Source: Patescibacteria group bacterium (GTDB taxonomy: Bacteria > Patescibacteriota > Minisyncoccia > Phycocordibacterales > JAACPR01). Taken from it: a DNA stretch of 64,000 nucleotides. This document shows positions 1 to 8,248 of this stretch, piece by piece. The stretch's first letter is position 1. Every line of letters starts with the position of its first letter. Both the position numbers and the translations under genes were made by a program. The stretch spans positions 87,058 to 151,057 of the forward strand of contig JAKLEX010000001.1 of the NCBI GenBank assembly GCA_022711495.1, given 5' to 3'. Under the pieces are notes generated by a model, which was given only the letters and a program-made list of their open reading frames with translations, was not told the origin of the DNA and did not search any database.

Positions 1-811
1 AGTTAGCGACATCACCGAACGGTCGGTTCGCGACTTTCGCCTTTGGCTTAACCGACAAAACGCCACTAAAAATATTAACGGCCGTCTGACCGCCGGCACA
101 ATCAAGAAACGGACGCAGAATTATTACCTGATTGCTTTGCGTTCTTTCTTAAAGTTTCTTCTTAAAAAAGGATATAAGGTTCTGGCGCCCGATCAAATTG
201 AGTTAGCTAAAGTTCCCGAGCGGTCAATTGATTTGATTACTGCCGAAGAACTTAGACGAATCATGGACGGCCCAAGGGGTTCCGATGTAAAGAATCTGCG
301 CGACAAGGCTGTTCTAGAGTTGCTATTTTCAACTGGTTTGCGAGTTTCAGAATTATGCGCCCTGGACAGGGATCTTGATTTAAGCCGCGGCGAATTTGCT
401 ATCCGTGGGAAAGGCGAAAAAGTTCGAGTTGTTTTTATTTCCGAATCAGCCAAGAAAGCGCTGAACGAATATCTGGAAAAGCGCGACGACATGGATGAGG
501 CCATGTTTGTTCAAGTCGCCGGCAAGGGCGGTAAAGATTTGTTAAAAAAGCGTGAATCAATTCGATTGACCCCCCGTTCGGTTGAGAGGATTGTTCGATT
601 TTACGCCACTAAGGCCGGTATCTCTAAAAAAGTTACTCCGCACATCATCCGGCATTCTTTCGCCACTGATTTATTGTCAAACGGCGCTGATTTGCGCTCG
701 GTACAAGCTCTTCTCGGCCACGCCAACATTACAACGACACAGGTTTACACGCACGTTACGGACAGGCACCTAAAAGAAATTCATAAAAAATTTCACGACA
801 AGAACTCTTAG
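1..811 (+). CDS. Site-specific tyrosine recombinase, XerC/XerD family; the N-terminus runs past the window start (the frame is open from nt 2)
   Basis: C-terminal catalytic motifs HIIRHSFATDLL...LLGHANITTTQVYTHV; the frame stays open upstream of the listed Met to the window edge. Confidence 0.8.
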   Translation, partial: VSDITERSVRDFRLWLNRQNATKNINGRLTAGTIKKRTQNYYLIALRSFLKFLLKKGYKVLAPDQIELAKVPERSIDLITAEELRRIMDGPRGSDVKNLRDKAVLELLFSTGLRVSELCALDRDLDLSRGEFAIRGKGEKVRVVFISESAKKALNEYLEKRDDMDEAMFVQVAGKGGKDLLKKRESIRLTPRSVERIVRFYATKAGISKKVTPHIIRHSFATDLLSNGADLRSVQALLGHANITTTQVYTHVTDRHLKEIHKKFHDKNS

Positions 812-825
812 AGATCCTTATAAAT

Positions 826-874
826 AAAAAGGCGTTCAATGCATTATCTGCTATTGAACGCCGGTGTTTTTTGC
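826..874. terminator. Bidirectional intrinsic terminator between xer (+) and the convergent minus-strand ORF
   Basis: Hairpin GGCGTTCAAT-(12 nt)-ATTGAACGCC followed by GGTGTTTTTT on the plus strand, with an A-run upstream that gives a T-run on the minus strand. Confidence 0.6.
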
Positions 875-907
875 TGGCCAGTTCGGTTTTCTGTCTTTCG
901 CTTCCGG

Positions 908-1300
908 TTAACGACTGCCAACGCGGCGAGGCCGCGCAAGGCTTGCGGCGATACGCTTCACCTCCTCGTCGCACACGAACTGATTCCTGGCGACGACCAC
1001 GGCATCCCTACCGTGGTTCAAATATCTGACGCAGATGTTGCCTTCATGGTAGCAACTTGCGCCGAGACGGACCATCCTGTCTTCCGCGAGTCTCCGTAGC
1101 TCACGGTCTTCGTCCGTTTTTCCGATACGGACGCGGTCTACCCCTCCTTCCGCTTTTCCTCCCTTGACCCGCTCAATCATGCGATTGAGGCATCGGGCTC
1201 CAAGCGGAAACTCTTCGCATCTGGCGAAAAAGACTTCAATCGCCCGATGCTCATGGTTCCCTTGGACTCCAGGTCTCCTTGCTCCCATCACCAATGTCAT
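908..1300 (-). CDS. Hypothetical protein (130 aa) in a GC-rich island
   Basis: Open frame with protein-like composition, convergent with xer and ending at the bidirectional terminator; GC is clearly higher than the flanks; no family recognised. Confidence 0.3.
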   Translation of the reverse strand: MTLVMGARRPGVQGNHEHRAIEVFFARCEEFPLGARCLNRMIERVKGGKAEGGVDRVRIGKTDEDRELRRLAEDRMVRLGASCYHEGNICVRYLNHGRDAVVVARNQFVCDEEVKRIAASLARPRRVGSR

Positions 1301-1433
1301 AGTCTGTCCTCTTTTCTCTTTGTGAACCAGCCAGCAAGACGATCATTATACGCAATTCTTTTGGGCAAAGTCAAACTTGCCGCGGAATCAGGAGTGCATA
1401 ACTAAATATGTTATATTTACAATTATATTAACC

Positions 1434-2207
1434 ATGAAAATAGTCTCTTGGAATGTAAACGGCATCAGGGCCTGGCACAAAAAGGGCTGTTTGGGCTTGC
1501 TTCTGGAAGCGGACCCGGACATTATCTGTCTTCAAGAGACAAAGGCCGAAAAAGAGCAGCTGCCGGTCGAATTGATTGAAATTCCGGGGTACTTTTCTTA
1601 TTTTAATTCTTCTTTAGAAAGAAAAGGCCACTCCGGCACGGCCGTTTACGCCAAAATTAACCCTGAAAAAGTCACTTACGGCTTAGGCGTCAAGGATCTT
1701 GATGGCCAGGGTCGGCAAATTAATCTTTTTTATAAAGATTTTGTCGTAATAAATTGTTATTTTCCTAACGGCGGTGGTCCGGAAGACAGATTGCAGAAAA
1801 AATTAAAATACTACGAAGAATTTTTAAAATTTATAAACAAAATCAGGAAATCCGGTAAAAAAGTCATCTTTTGCGGGGATGTTAATGTGGCTCACGAGGA
1901 AATTGACTTAGCTCGTCCGGAAAGCAACAGAGAAAGTATTGGATTTTTACCAGAAGAAAGGGCATGGGTAGATCGTTTCATAGAGGACGGTTATGTTGAT
2001 GTCTTCAGGGACGCTTATCCAGACAGGGTTGAATACTCATATTGGGACACTAAGACGCGCGCTCGTGATAGAAACGTTGGCTGGAGAATAGACTATTTCT
2101 TTGTGGACGAAACCATTTTAGACAAAGTTGTGGATAACAAGATTTACGGCAATGTGCTCGGTTCTGATCATGCACCCATAGAACTTGCCATTAACCTAAA
2201 ACCATAA
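1434..2207 (+). CDS. xth: Exodeoxyribonuclease III (AP endonuclease, Xth family)
   Basis: MKIVSWNVNGIRA start, which is conserved; ...CLQETK..., WRIDYFFV, GSDHAPIE. The ORF-track start at 1377 is probably an overextension. Confidence 0.85.
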   Translation: MKIVSWNVNGIRAWHKKGCLGLLLEADPDIICLQETKAEKEQLPVELIEIPGYFSYFNSSLERKGHSGTAVYAKINPEKVTYGLGVKDLDGQGRQINLFYKDFVVINCYFPNGGGPEDRLQKKLKYYEEFLKFINKIRKSGKKVIFCGDVNVAHEEIDLARPESNRESIGFLPEERAWVDRFIEDGYVDVFRDAYPDRVEYSYWDTKTRARDRNVGWRIDYFFVDETILDKVVDNKIYGNVLGSDHAPIELAINLKP

Positions 2208-2234
2208 AGGACATTATCCACAGGTTTGTCCTTT
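2207..2234 (+). terminator. Putative hairpin terminator after xth
   Basis: AAAGGACA-(loop)-TGTCCTTT stem immediately after the xth stop; the T-tract is weak. Confidence 0.35.
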
Positions 2235-2556
2235 ACATTTGTCCTTTATAAAAATAAAATATACTCAGATACAGATCATTCAGATTAGTTCTTTTAAGTT
2301 CTTTCCAAAATTAAATATAGACATTTCGTTTTGTCTCGACGCGCGTGTTACCCTCTTAGGGTCAATTATCAGGCGGTGTCAATAAAGACAAACCGAAAGA
2401 CCATCGTAAGCTTCAACAGCAATAATAGTCCTCAACACTCTTCTATTATCCTAAAATAAAGTTTCCCCACTTTATCTCATTTCATTGAAGTCTACGGTGG
2501 TTTTTATTTCCCCCAAAAAATTCTTTTCGCGTCTCTGGCGGAAGGTCGTTTTGTGG

Positions 2557-4026
2557 CTATTTTACGCCTCTCTTTCGCCTTATTTTAGTAATTTCAGCCT
2601 TTTCTACTTCGGTTTTGACTTCCCTGGCCGCTTCGCCGATTCCTTTAAGTTCGCCGTCTGGCAGTTTTAGTAATTCCGCAGTGTGTTTCACGAGAAACTT
2701 TTTATTGTTTCTGGTTGGATCTTCTAGGACTTCTTCCAGTAAAGCGCTCAAAACATAGCCGATCCTCGGTCCCGGTTCCACGTGAAACTCTTTGATTATG
2801 TCGTTACCATCAATTTTTAACATAGAAACAGAAATCGGATCCCTGATAACTTCTTCAATCATTGATTGGAATTTTCGTAACCTGTAGGGCTCTTCTTTTG
2901 GTCTGCCGGTACCCACCCTGTCGCATATGCGCAAATTGACTAGCTCCCAGATATTTTCTTTAGAGACTTTATTGATGAGTCTTCTCACTGCTGAAGGGGT
3001 AATCTGTTCTGTGTCCGAGAAGAACATGTGGCATCTGATCAGTTTCTCAACTTTCTCTATAACTTCTTTAGGAAAGGCCAGTTTTCTAAGTGTTTCACGT
3101 GCAACCTTGGCGCCCACGACCTCATGCCCGTAGAAAGTAGTTTTGCCGTCTTCTTGTCTTTTAGTTGCTGGTTTGGCCGAATCATGAAATAAGGCGGCCA
3201 GGCGGACTTCCAGCGAGAAGTTCTTATCAGCCGCGTGTTGCAGGGCTCTCAAGGAATGTTCCCAAACATCATATTTATGAGCTTCTTTATTTTGAGAGAC
3301 TCCGACCATTTCTTCTAACTCTGGTAAAGTGTGGCTTAAAATATGAAGTTTTTGAGCTAGTGCCAAGCCCATGGCCGGATTTTTTGATTGGATAATCTTT
3401 TTAAATTCTTCTCCGATTCTTTCATTTGAAATGTGTCCGATAAGGCCAGCGTTTTTAGAGATTGATTCGGCAGTTTCTTTTTCAATTACAAAATCAAGTT
3501 CGGCGGCAAATCTGACCGCTCGCAGCATTCTTAGAGCGTCTTCGCCAAAACGCTTATCAGGGCTTCCTACGGCTCTAATTAGGCGTTTTTCTAGGTCGGA
3601 TAGACCACTATAATTATCAGTAATTTGTCCTTTATCCGGGTCAACAGCTAGCGCATTGATGGTGAAATCTCTTCTGCCCAAATCATCGTCCAATTTATGG
3701 CTGAAAATAACGCTATCCGGGTGTCTTTTATCGGAATAGCCCGCTTCCTTTCTGTATGGAGTTATCTCCACGACTTTTAATGCCGGATCGTCCGAACCGC
3801 TTTTCACGCCGACGGTTCCGAAAGTGTTTTCATAAAATGAGTCTGGAAAGAGGCCCTGTATTTTTTCCGGCGTGGCGTTGGTGGCGATGTCCCAGTCTTT
3901 GGGTTTGTTACCGAGCAAAATATCCCTGACACAGCCGCCGACCACGAAGACTTCAAAACCGCCCGCTTTCATCTTTTGAGAGATATTCAAAATTTCTTTT
4001 GGAAATGAATTTGTCTTGATTTTCAC
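2557..4026 (-). CDS. cca: CCA-adding tRNA nucleotidyltransferase / poly(A) polymerase family with a C-terminal HD domain
   Basis: GGCVRDILLG...DWDIAT nucleotidyltransferase head; RRDFTINAL; HD motif HD...K; GTG start. Confidence 0.8.
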   Translation of the reverse strand: MKIKTNSFPKEILNISQKMKAGGFEVFVVGGCVRDILLGNKPKDWDIATNATPEKIQGLFPDSFYENTFGTVGVKSGSDDPALKVVEITPYRKEAGYSDKRHPDSVIFSHKLDDDLGRRDFTINALAVDPDKGQITDNYSGLSDLEKRLIRAVGSPDKRFGEDALRMLRAVRFAAELDFVIEKETAESISKNAGLIGHISNERIGEEFKKIIQSKNPAMGLALAQKLHILSHTLPELEEMVGVSQNKEAHKYDVWEHSLRALQHAADKNFSLEVRLAALFHDSAKPATKRQEDGKTTFYGHEVVGAKVARETLRKLAFPKEVIEKVEKLIRCHMFFSDTEQITPSAVRRLINKVSKENIWELVNLRICDRVGTGRPKEEPYRLRKFQSMIEEVIRDPISVSMLKIDGNDIIKEFHVEPGPRIGYVLSALLEEVLEDPTRNNKKFLVKHTAELLKLPDGELKGIGEAAREVKTEVEKAEITKIRRKRGVK

Positions 4027-4085
4027 GGATTTATTCTAGCCCAATTTTGATTTTTGGCCAATTTATCGTATCATTTTCTTTGTCT

Positions 4086-4158
4086 GCGCCCGTGGTGAAA
4101 TGGATATCACAACGGTCTTCGGAACCGTCGTTGTGGGTTCGAGTCCTGCCGGGCGCGC
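4086..4158 (+). tRNA. tRNA-Arg (anticodon TCG)
   Basis: Cloverleaf: acceptor GCGCCCG/CGGGCGC, D-arm GTGA/TCAC, anticodon stem ACGGT/ACCGT with loop CTTCGGA, T-loop TTCGAGT; no encoded CCA. Confidence 0.8.
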
Positions 4159-4233
4159 AGGCTGTTTTTAAGGAACTGGCTGTTTTTAGAATATTGCTGA
4201 ATTAGGAAGATTAAAAGATAATAAAAATAAGAC

Positions 4234-4464
4234 ATGTTAGAAAAAGTTAGAAGTTTCTTAAGGTTGCATCCGAATTTAGACCTTATTTTAAGCGGTATTT
4301 CGCTTGTTTATATCTGGCGCGGAGTTTGGAGTTTAACCGATATGTTTACCTTTGGCACGTTTCAGCGCGGAGCTTTCTGGTCTTATCTGATCCCGCTTGT
4401 TATTGCCTTTGCTTACATATACTTGAACGACTACAGATTGAAAGAATTAATCCATACTGATTAA
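4234..4464 (+). CDS. Hypothetical small membrane protein (76 aa)
   Basis: ATG ORF between two tRNA genes, with two hydrophobic segments. Confidence 0.3.
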   Translation: MLEKVRSFLRLHPNLDLILSGISLVYIWRGVWSLTDMFTFGTFQRGAFWSYLIPLVIAFAYIYLNDYRLKELIHTD

Positions 4465-4554
4465 TTGAGCCTGTCTATGTCGCAAAAAGGCGGCCCGAGC
4501 ACGCGTCCTCTATTGAATTTTATTTAGAACATATTATACTTTAGGGCACGTTTT

Positions 4555-4625
4555 GCGAGTATGGTTTAGTGGTAGAATGCGTCCTTGCCAAGGACGAGAC
4601 GGGAGTCCGATTCTCCCTACTCGCA
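4555..4625 (+). tRNA. tRNA-Gly (anticodon GCC)
   Basis: Acceptor GCGAGTA/TACTCGC, anticodon stem CGTCC/GGACG with loop TTGCCAA, T-arm GGGAG-TCCGATT-CTCCC. Confidence 0.8.
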
Positions 4626-4782
4626 CAAAAAGTTGCTATTAATAATTGTTACGGATTGCTGCGAATCGCCGCGAGCAGACCCGGATACTTTATAAGGACA
4701 AACTGATTTTGTAAAATAGTGTCCGATATAAAACCTTGAAAATCAAGGCGATTTAAACGACTGGGGATAACTATGTGGATAT

Positions 4783-5349
4783 GTGTATATAAGACATGTC
4801 TTTTTGATTTTTATGCTATTGACGGGGGCTATAGATAAGGTTGTTTTCATTATGTTTCATGAAAAACGTTTCACGTGGAACATCTCCACATTAATTTTAG
4901 GTAAAGCTTATATTTTATTTATTTTCTTGTGCCATATTTTGGAAATACCAAGCAAAATAAGGATAAAAGGGAATTTTGGCGAAGATATAGCAGTTAGGTT
5001 TCTCGTGAAACAGGGCTTTAGAATTTTAGCTCGTAATTATCTTAGACGGGCAGGTGAAATAGATATTATCGCCGAGCGGTTCGGGGAGATCCATTTTATT
5101 GAGGTTAAAAGCATATTTCTGAAAAATGTTTCCCGTGAAACGATTCGGGGCGGGGGATTAAATTACCGACCGGAAGAAAATGTGAGTCGTAAAAAAATAT
5201 TCAAGATGATCAAGGCGGCTGAACTTTTTCTGTTAGATAGGGGTCCGGGGGCTGCTGAGAAGGTACATTTTGATGTTATTGCTGAAGTCTTTGATTGTCA
5301 GGGAAAAATCTTGGGGTTCAGATATATAAAGGATGTAAATTGCGGATAG
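4783..5349 (+). CDS. YraN/UPF0102-family endonuclease-like protein with an N-terminal hydrophobic extension (predicted membrane anchor)
   Basis: C-terminal ~120 aa GEDIAVRFLVKQGFRILARNYLRRAGEIDIIAE...HFIEVKS...HFDVIAEVF matches the YraN fold; the N-terminal 60 aa carry 2 predicted TM helices; GTG start, so the true start is uncertain. Confidence 0.5.
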   Translation: MYIRHVFLIFMLLTGAIDKVVFIMFHEKRFTWNISTLILGKAYILFIFLCHILEIPSKIRIKGNFGEDIAVRFLVKQGFRILARNYLRRAGEIDIIAERFGEIHFIEVKSIFLKNVSRETIRGGGLNYRPEENVSRKKIFKMIKAAELFLLDRGPGAAEKVHFDVIAEVFDCQGKILGFRYIKDVNCG

Positions 5350-5384
5350 GTTGATCAAGGCAGGATTGAAAGTATATGTCACTA

Positions 5385-5412
5385 TTGACAGAGTTGTTAT
5401 ATCTGCTATAAT
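5385..5412 (+). promoter_or_regulatory. Sigma70-like promoter upstream of ORF 5474
   Basis: TTGACA-16 nt-TATAAT about 60 nt upstream of the start codon. Confidence 0.45.
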
Positions 5413-5473
5413 TAGAGGCAGAAGGATCTGGTAGGTTGGTACAGTCACAAATCAACGAGAAAAGGAGAAAAAC

Positions 5474-5884
5474 ATGAACGGTTCGAGGCGCGCGTCTTGG
5501 GTTCTTGCCATAGCGACATCAGTTGGTTTTTTAGCCGCTTTGATTGTGGCCAGCAGGGTCCACGAAGAATCTGTCGCCACGATCGCCACTCTGGAGACAT
5601 CGGTCGGATCCTATACTGAACCGAATACCGGAGTCCTGTACAGGGTTACGGCGGTTGACGATCAATGTGGCCTGATGATTCTGGCCGTTCCGTGGTCGTC
5701 TTTGCCGGGGGGAATCGATCTGGCGGGTCGGCGGTTCTTTCAATCAAACAATGCCAATCTCAAGACCGGTGCTTGGTTTATTCGTGAGTCGAATGGTCGA
5801 GATGTGGTAGTTATCCGGCCGAATCCACCGCCGAATTTGCAGAAAATCTCATATTCAGGTGAGGTGAATCTGTTGTTAGATTGA
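5474..5884 (+). CDS. Hypothetical secreted or membrane-anchored protein (136 aa), GC-rich
   Basis: N-terminal signal or anchor WVLAIATSVGFLAALIVA; an RBS-like GGAGAAAAAC precedes the ATG; strong upstream promoter; GC above the surroundings. Confidence 0.4.
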   Translation: MNGSRRASWVLAIATSVGFLAALIVASRVHEESVATIATLETSVGSYTEPNTGVLYRVTAVDDQCGLMILAVPWSSLPGGIDLAGRRFFQSNNANLKTGAWFIRESNGRDVVVIRPNPPPNLQKISYSGEVNLLLD

Positions 5885-5978
5885 TACCCCATCGGCGTAA
5901 GAAGACTTGGTGCCCTCGTAGATCTGAAAACAATCTTTTCAAATTTATGGGGGCTTTTCTTTTTTGCAATGTTTAAGT

Positions 5979-6054
5979 TGGTCGGAGCGCAGGGATTCGA
6001 ACCCTGAGTCATCTGCTCCCAAAGCAGACATGTTAGCCGTTACACCACGCTCCG
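5979..6054 (-). tRNA. tRNA-Pro (anticodon TGG), with encoded CCA
   Basis: Reverse complement gives acceptor CGGAGCG/CGCTCCG, anticodon stem TCTGC/GCAGA with loop TTTGGGA, T-loop TTCGAAT and a 3' ACCA. Confidence 0.8.
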
Positions 6055-6146
6055 TTATGCTTCCAAAATCTTACACAAAAAATGGCAAGATATCAAATGG
6101 GGTGGTAGATTGTGTTTATTAATAAATATAAATCGCGCGCAACAAA

Positions 6147-6449
6147 ATGTTTGGAAAACTTTTCCAAAAAAAGAAAGAAGACTTTATCTGTGAAAAATGC
6201 GGATTTCAAAATCAGGGTGACGGCTACACCAATCATTGTCAGAAATGTCTGTGGTCAAAACATGTTGATGTGAACCCGGGCGATCGCGCCGAATCTTGTC
6301 GGGGCTTGATGAAGCCGGTTGATTTAGTAAACGAAGGCGGAGTTTTTTATATTCTTCATCGCTGCGTAAAATGCGGCGCGGAAAAGAGAAACAAAGCTCA
6401 AAAAGGCGACGATTTTAAGGAACTTATAAATTTAAGTCGTAAATATTAA
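6147..6449 (+). CDS. RNHCP-like zinc-ribbon domain protein
   Basis: CEKCGF...GYTNHCQKCLWSKHVDV...HRCVKCG: two CxxC pairs with the NHC-x-C-LWSKHVD signature typical of RNHCP-domain proteins. Confidence 0.45.
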   Translation: MFGKLFQKKKEDFICEKCGFQNQGDGYTNHCQKCLWSKHVDVNPGDRAESCRGLMKPVDLVNEGGVFYILHRCVKCGAEKRNKAQKGDDFKELINLSRKY

Positions 6450-7681
6450 ATCTCTCTCAATAGTAGCTTGGCCAAATCTTCCGTATAGACGTCTTTAAAT
6501 TCTGCCGCGCGCGATTTTAAATTGCCGCCAATAAAATAACTCAAACTTTTTCCTGTCTCGTCTTTTATATCTCTCTCAATATACGAAAGCGTGATGCCGT
6601 TGATTTTGGCTTTTCCGTCACTGCCGTCCGTTGTGGCAATTACTCCGATCAAATCAACGGACTCTTCGTCCAAGCCGTAAAATATTCCACCGCCGGAAGC
6701 GCCTTGTGCGCCGACTTCAGATTTGGAAGTGGTGATGACGTCCGCACGATTGCCGCCGAAAGTGAAAATATCCAATATAGAAACTGCTGCCATTCTTAAC
6801 CTTCCGGCGTGGCCGAGATCTAACAAACTTTTCGGACCGCCCGGATAACCGGCCACGATGACGTTATCGTTTTTATCAAGTTCTTGAGCCGCGTCCGGAT
6901 TCGCGCTAGGGAACGTCTCTGGTATTCCGAGAGCCGAGTTGGTGTTTCCGGTTATTAATATTAAAGCGTAGTCATCTTCTCCCGTGCCGCGGGCGTTGTT
7001 ATTGGCGATTAGTTCATAATTTTGTTCAATCCATTTTGGCGAAACGTAAATCGGTTGGCCCTTGTATCCGTAGGTTGGAATATTCTCTTTGTACATGGCG
7101 CAATTTATGAGATCAGGATCGTAACTTTCAAGCACAAAAAATTGCGCGACATGGGCGTTAGTCAATACGACGCCTCTTGGCGAGACGATAATTCCGCTAC
7201 CGGTGGAAACATTCACATAATTACCATGAGTGTAAGTGCAAATGATATTGACCACGACATCTTCAACCGTGGCAATTTGAGCCTCTGCCGTTGGAGGAGT
7301 TATAGGCTCTGGGGTGATTGGAGCAGCTGGTTCTAGTGGTGCGGTCGATTCTGGAGGAACTGGTGGCACGGGCGGTGCAATTGGTGCGGCAGGAGATTCT
7401 GTCGTTGGCGGTGCCGGCGCTATCGGCGGCGCGGACGGAGGCTTGGTTTCTTTTTCGGGCACGACTTTCTCAAGGGTTTCAGCGATTTGTTTGGTGCTGT
7501 TTTCAGTTTCTAGTTTGTTCTGTCTTTCAATCAAATCGGCCACGGCTTCTCTGCGGATTTCTTCAACACGAACAGCTTCCGGCGATGGTATGTTGACTTG
7601 CGGCGCGATTCCTAAAAAAGCCAATATGGAATAAGCGAACAGCAAAACTCTTTGCAAGATTATTCTAAGCAAAAACGGCAT
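6446..7681 (-). CDS. Secreted trypsin-like serine protease (S1 family) with an N-terminal anchor and a Pro-rich linker
   Basis: Catalytic triad contexts TNAHV (His), DYALILI (Asp), GASGGGIF (Ser); N-terminal hydrophobic segment; linker PPSAPPIAPAPPTTESPAAPIAPPVPPVPP. Confidence 0.7.
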   Translation of the reverse strand: MPFLLRIILQRVLLFAYSILAFLGIAPQVNIPSPEAVRVEEIRREAVADLIERQNKLETENSTKQIAETLEKVVPEKETKPPSAPPIAPAPPTTESPAAPIAPPVPPVPPESTAPLEPAAPITPEPITPPTAEAQIATVEDVVVNIICTYTHGNYVNVSTGSGIIVSPRGVVLTNAHVAQFFVLESYDPDLINCAMYKENIPTYGYKGQPIYVSPKWIEQNYELIANNNARGTGEDDYALILITGNTNSALGIPETFPSANPDAAQELDKNDNVIVAGYPGGPKSLLDLGHAGRLRMAAVSILDIFTFGGNRADVITTSKSEVGAQGASGGGIFYGLDEESVDLIGVIATTDGSDGKAKINGITLSYIERDIKDETGKSLSYFIGGNLKSRAAEFKDVYTEDLAKLLLREI

Positions 7682-7754
7682 GGCGTAATTATATCGGAAA
7701 TCTTTGATTCTTTCATTGAAGTTTGTCCGTTAGTTTGTTATATTTTTATAACTT

Positions 7755-7825
7755 GCGGGTGTGGTTTAGTGGTAGAATGTCTGCCTTCCAAGCAGAAGAC
7801 GGGAGTTCGATTCTCCCCACCCGCA
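7755..7825 (+). tRNA. tRNA-Gly (anticodon TCC)
   Basis: Acceptor GCGGGTG/CACCCGC, anticodon stem TCTGC/GCAGA with loop CTTCCAA, T-arm GGGAG-TTCGATT-CTCCC. Confidence 0.8.
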
Positions 7826-7833
7826 CATAAAAA

Positions 7834-7860
7834 CAAAAAACCGCCTATGGCGGTTTTTTG
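7834..7860. terminator. Bidirectional intrinsic terminator between tRNA-Gly (+) and hup (-)
   Basis: AAAAAACCGCC-TATG-GCGGTTTTTT: a palindromic hairpin with A- and T-runs on both sides. Confidence 0.65.
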
Positions 7861-7884
7861 GCATAAACTATTTTCTCTAGGAAA

Positions 7885-8157
7885 CTATTTTACAGCGTCC
7901 TTCAAGGCCTTTGCGGCTCGGAATTTTGGAACTCTCATCGCAGGAACGGTGATTGATTCACCGGTTCGAGGGTTTCTTGCTGTTCGAGCGGCTCGTTCTT
8001 TGGCGCCGAAAATACCGAAACCGGCGATTGATACTTCTTCGCCCTTCTTTAGAGAGCCAGTAATAGTCTCAAAAATTGAATCAACCACTTGCTCTGCTTG
8101 TACTTTAGTCCCGCCAAGTATTTCGTGAACTTTCTCCACAAGATTTGCTTTATTCAT
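7885..8157 (-). CDS. hup: DNA-binding protein HU
   Basis: 90 aa; MNKANLVEKV...GFGIFGAKERAARTARNPRTGE...VPKFRAAKALKD, the classic HU arm. Confidence 0.85.
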   Translation of the reverse strand: MNKANLVEKVHEILGGTKVQAEQVVDSIFETITGSLKKGEEVSIAGFGIFGAKERAARTARNPRTGESITVPAMRVPKFRAAKALKDAVK

Positions 8158-8248
8158 ATGAATTTTGGATCAGTCTTTACCAATAAAATGCGCTTTTAGC
8201 ACGCTACCTATTATATAGAAGCTTATTTTAAGCCGCAACAAGGCGACT

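Noticed and set aside
839-1099. 86-aa plus-strand ORF starting inside the xer terminator hairpin
   Set aside because: It begins within the terminator stem-loop and has an odd composition. The minus-strand 130-aa ORF covering the same GC-rich patch is more plausible.
908-1300. Possible QueD / 6-pyruvoyl-tetrahydropterin synthase identity for the GC-rich 130-aa ORF (segment HEGNICVRYLNHGR vs EGxxC...HGH)
   Set aside because: The motif is only approximate (C-x5-HGR), and it lies at the wrong relative position for a ~120-aa QueD. Kept as a hypothetical protein.
5740-6012. 90-aa minus-strand ORF
   Set aside because: It overlaps the tRNA-Pro gene on the same strand and so is spurious.
7300-7450. 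Repetitive GC-rich stretch (GGTGC/GGCGG iterations)
   Set aside because: It encodes the Pro/Ala-rich linker (PPVPPVPP...) of the serine protease on the minus strand, so it is a coding low-complexity region and not a mobile repeat.
7652-8128. 158-aa plus-strand ORF
   Set aside because: It runs through the tRNA-Gly gene, the bidirectional terminator and antisense to hup, and so is spurious.
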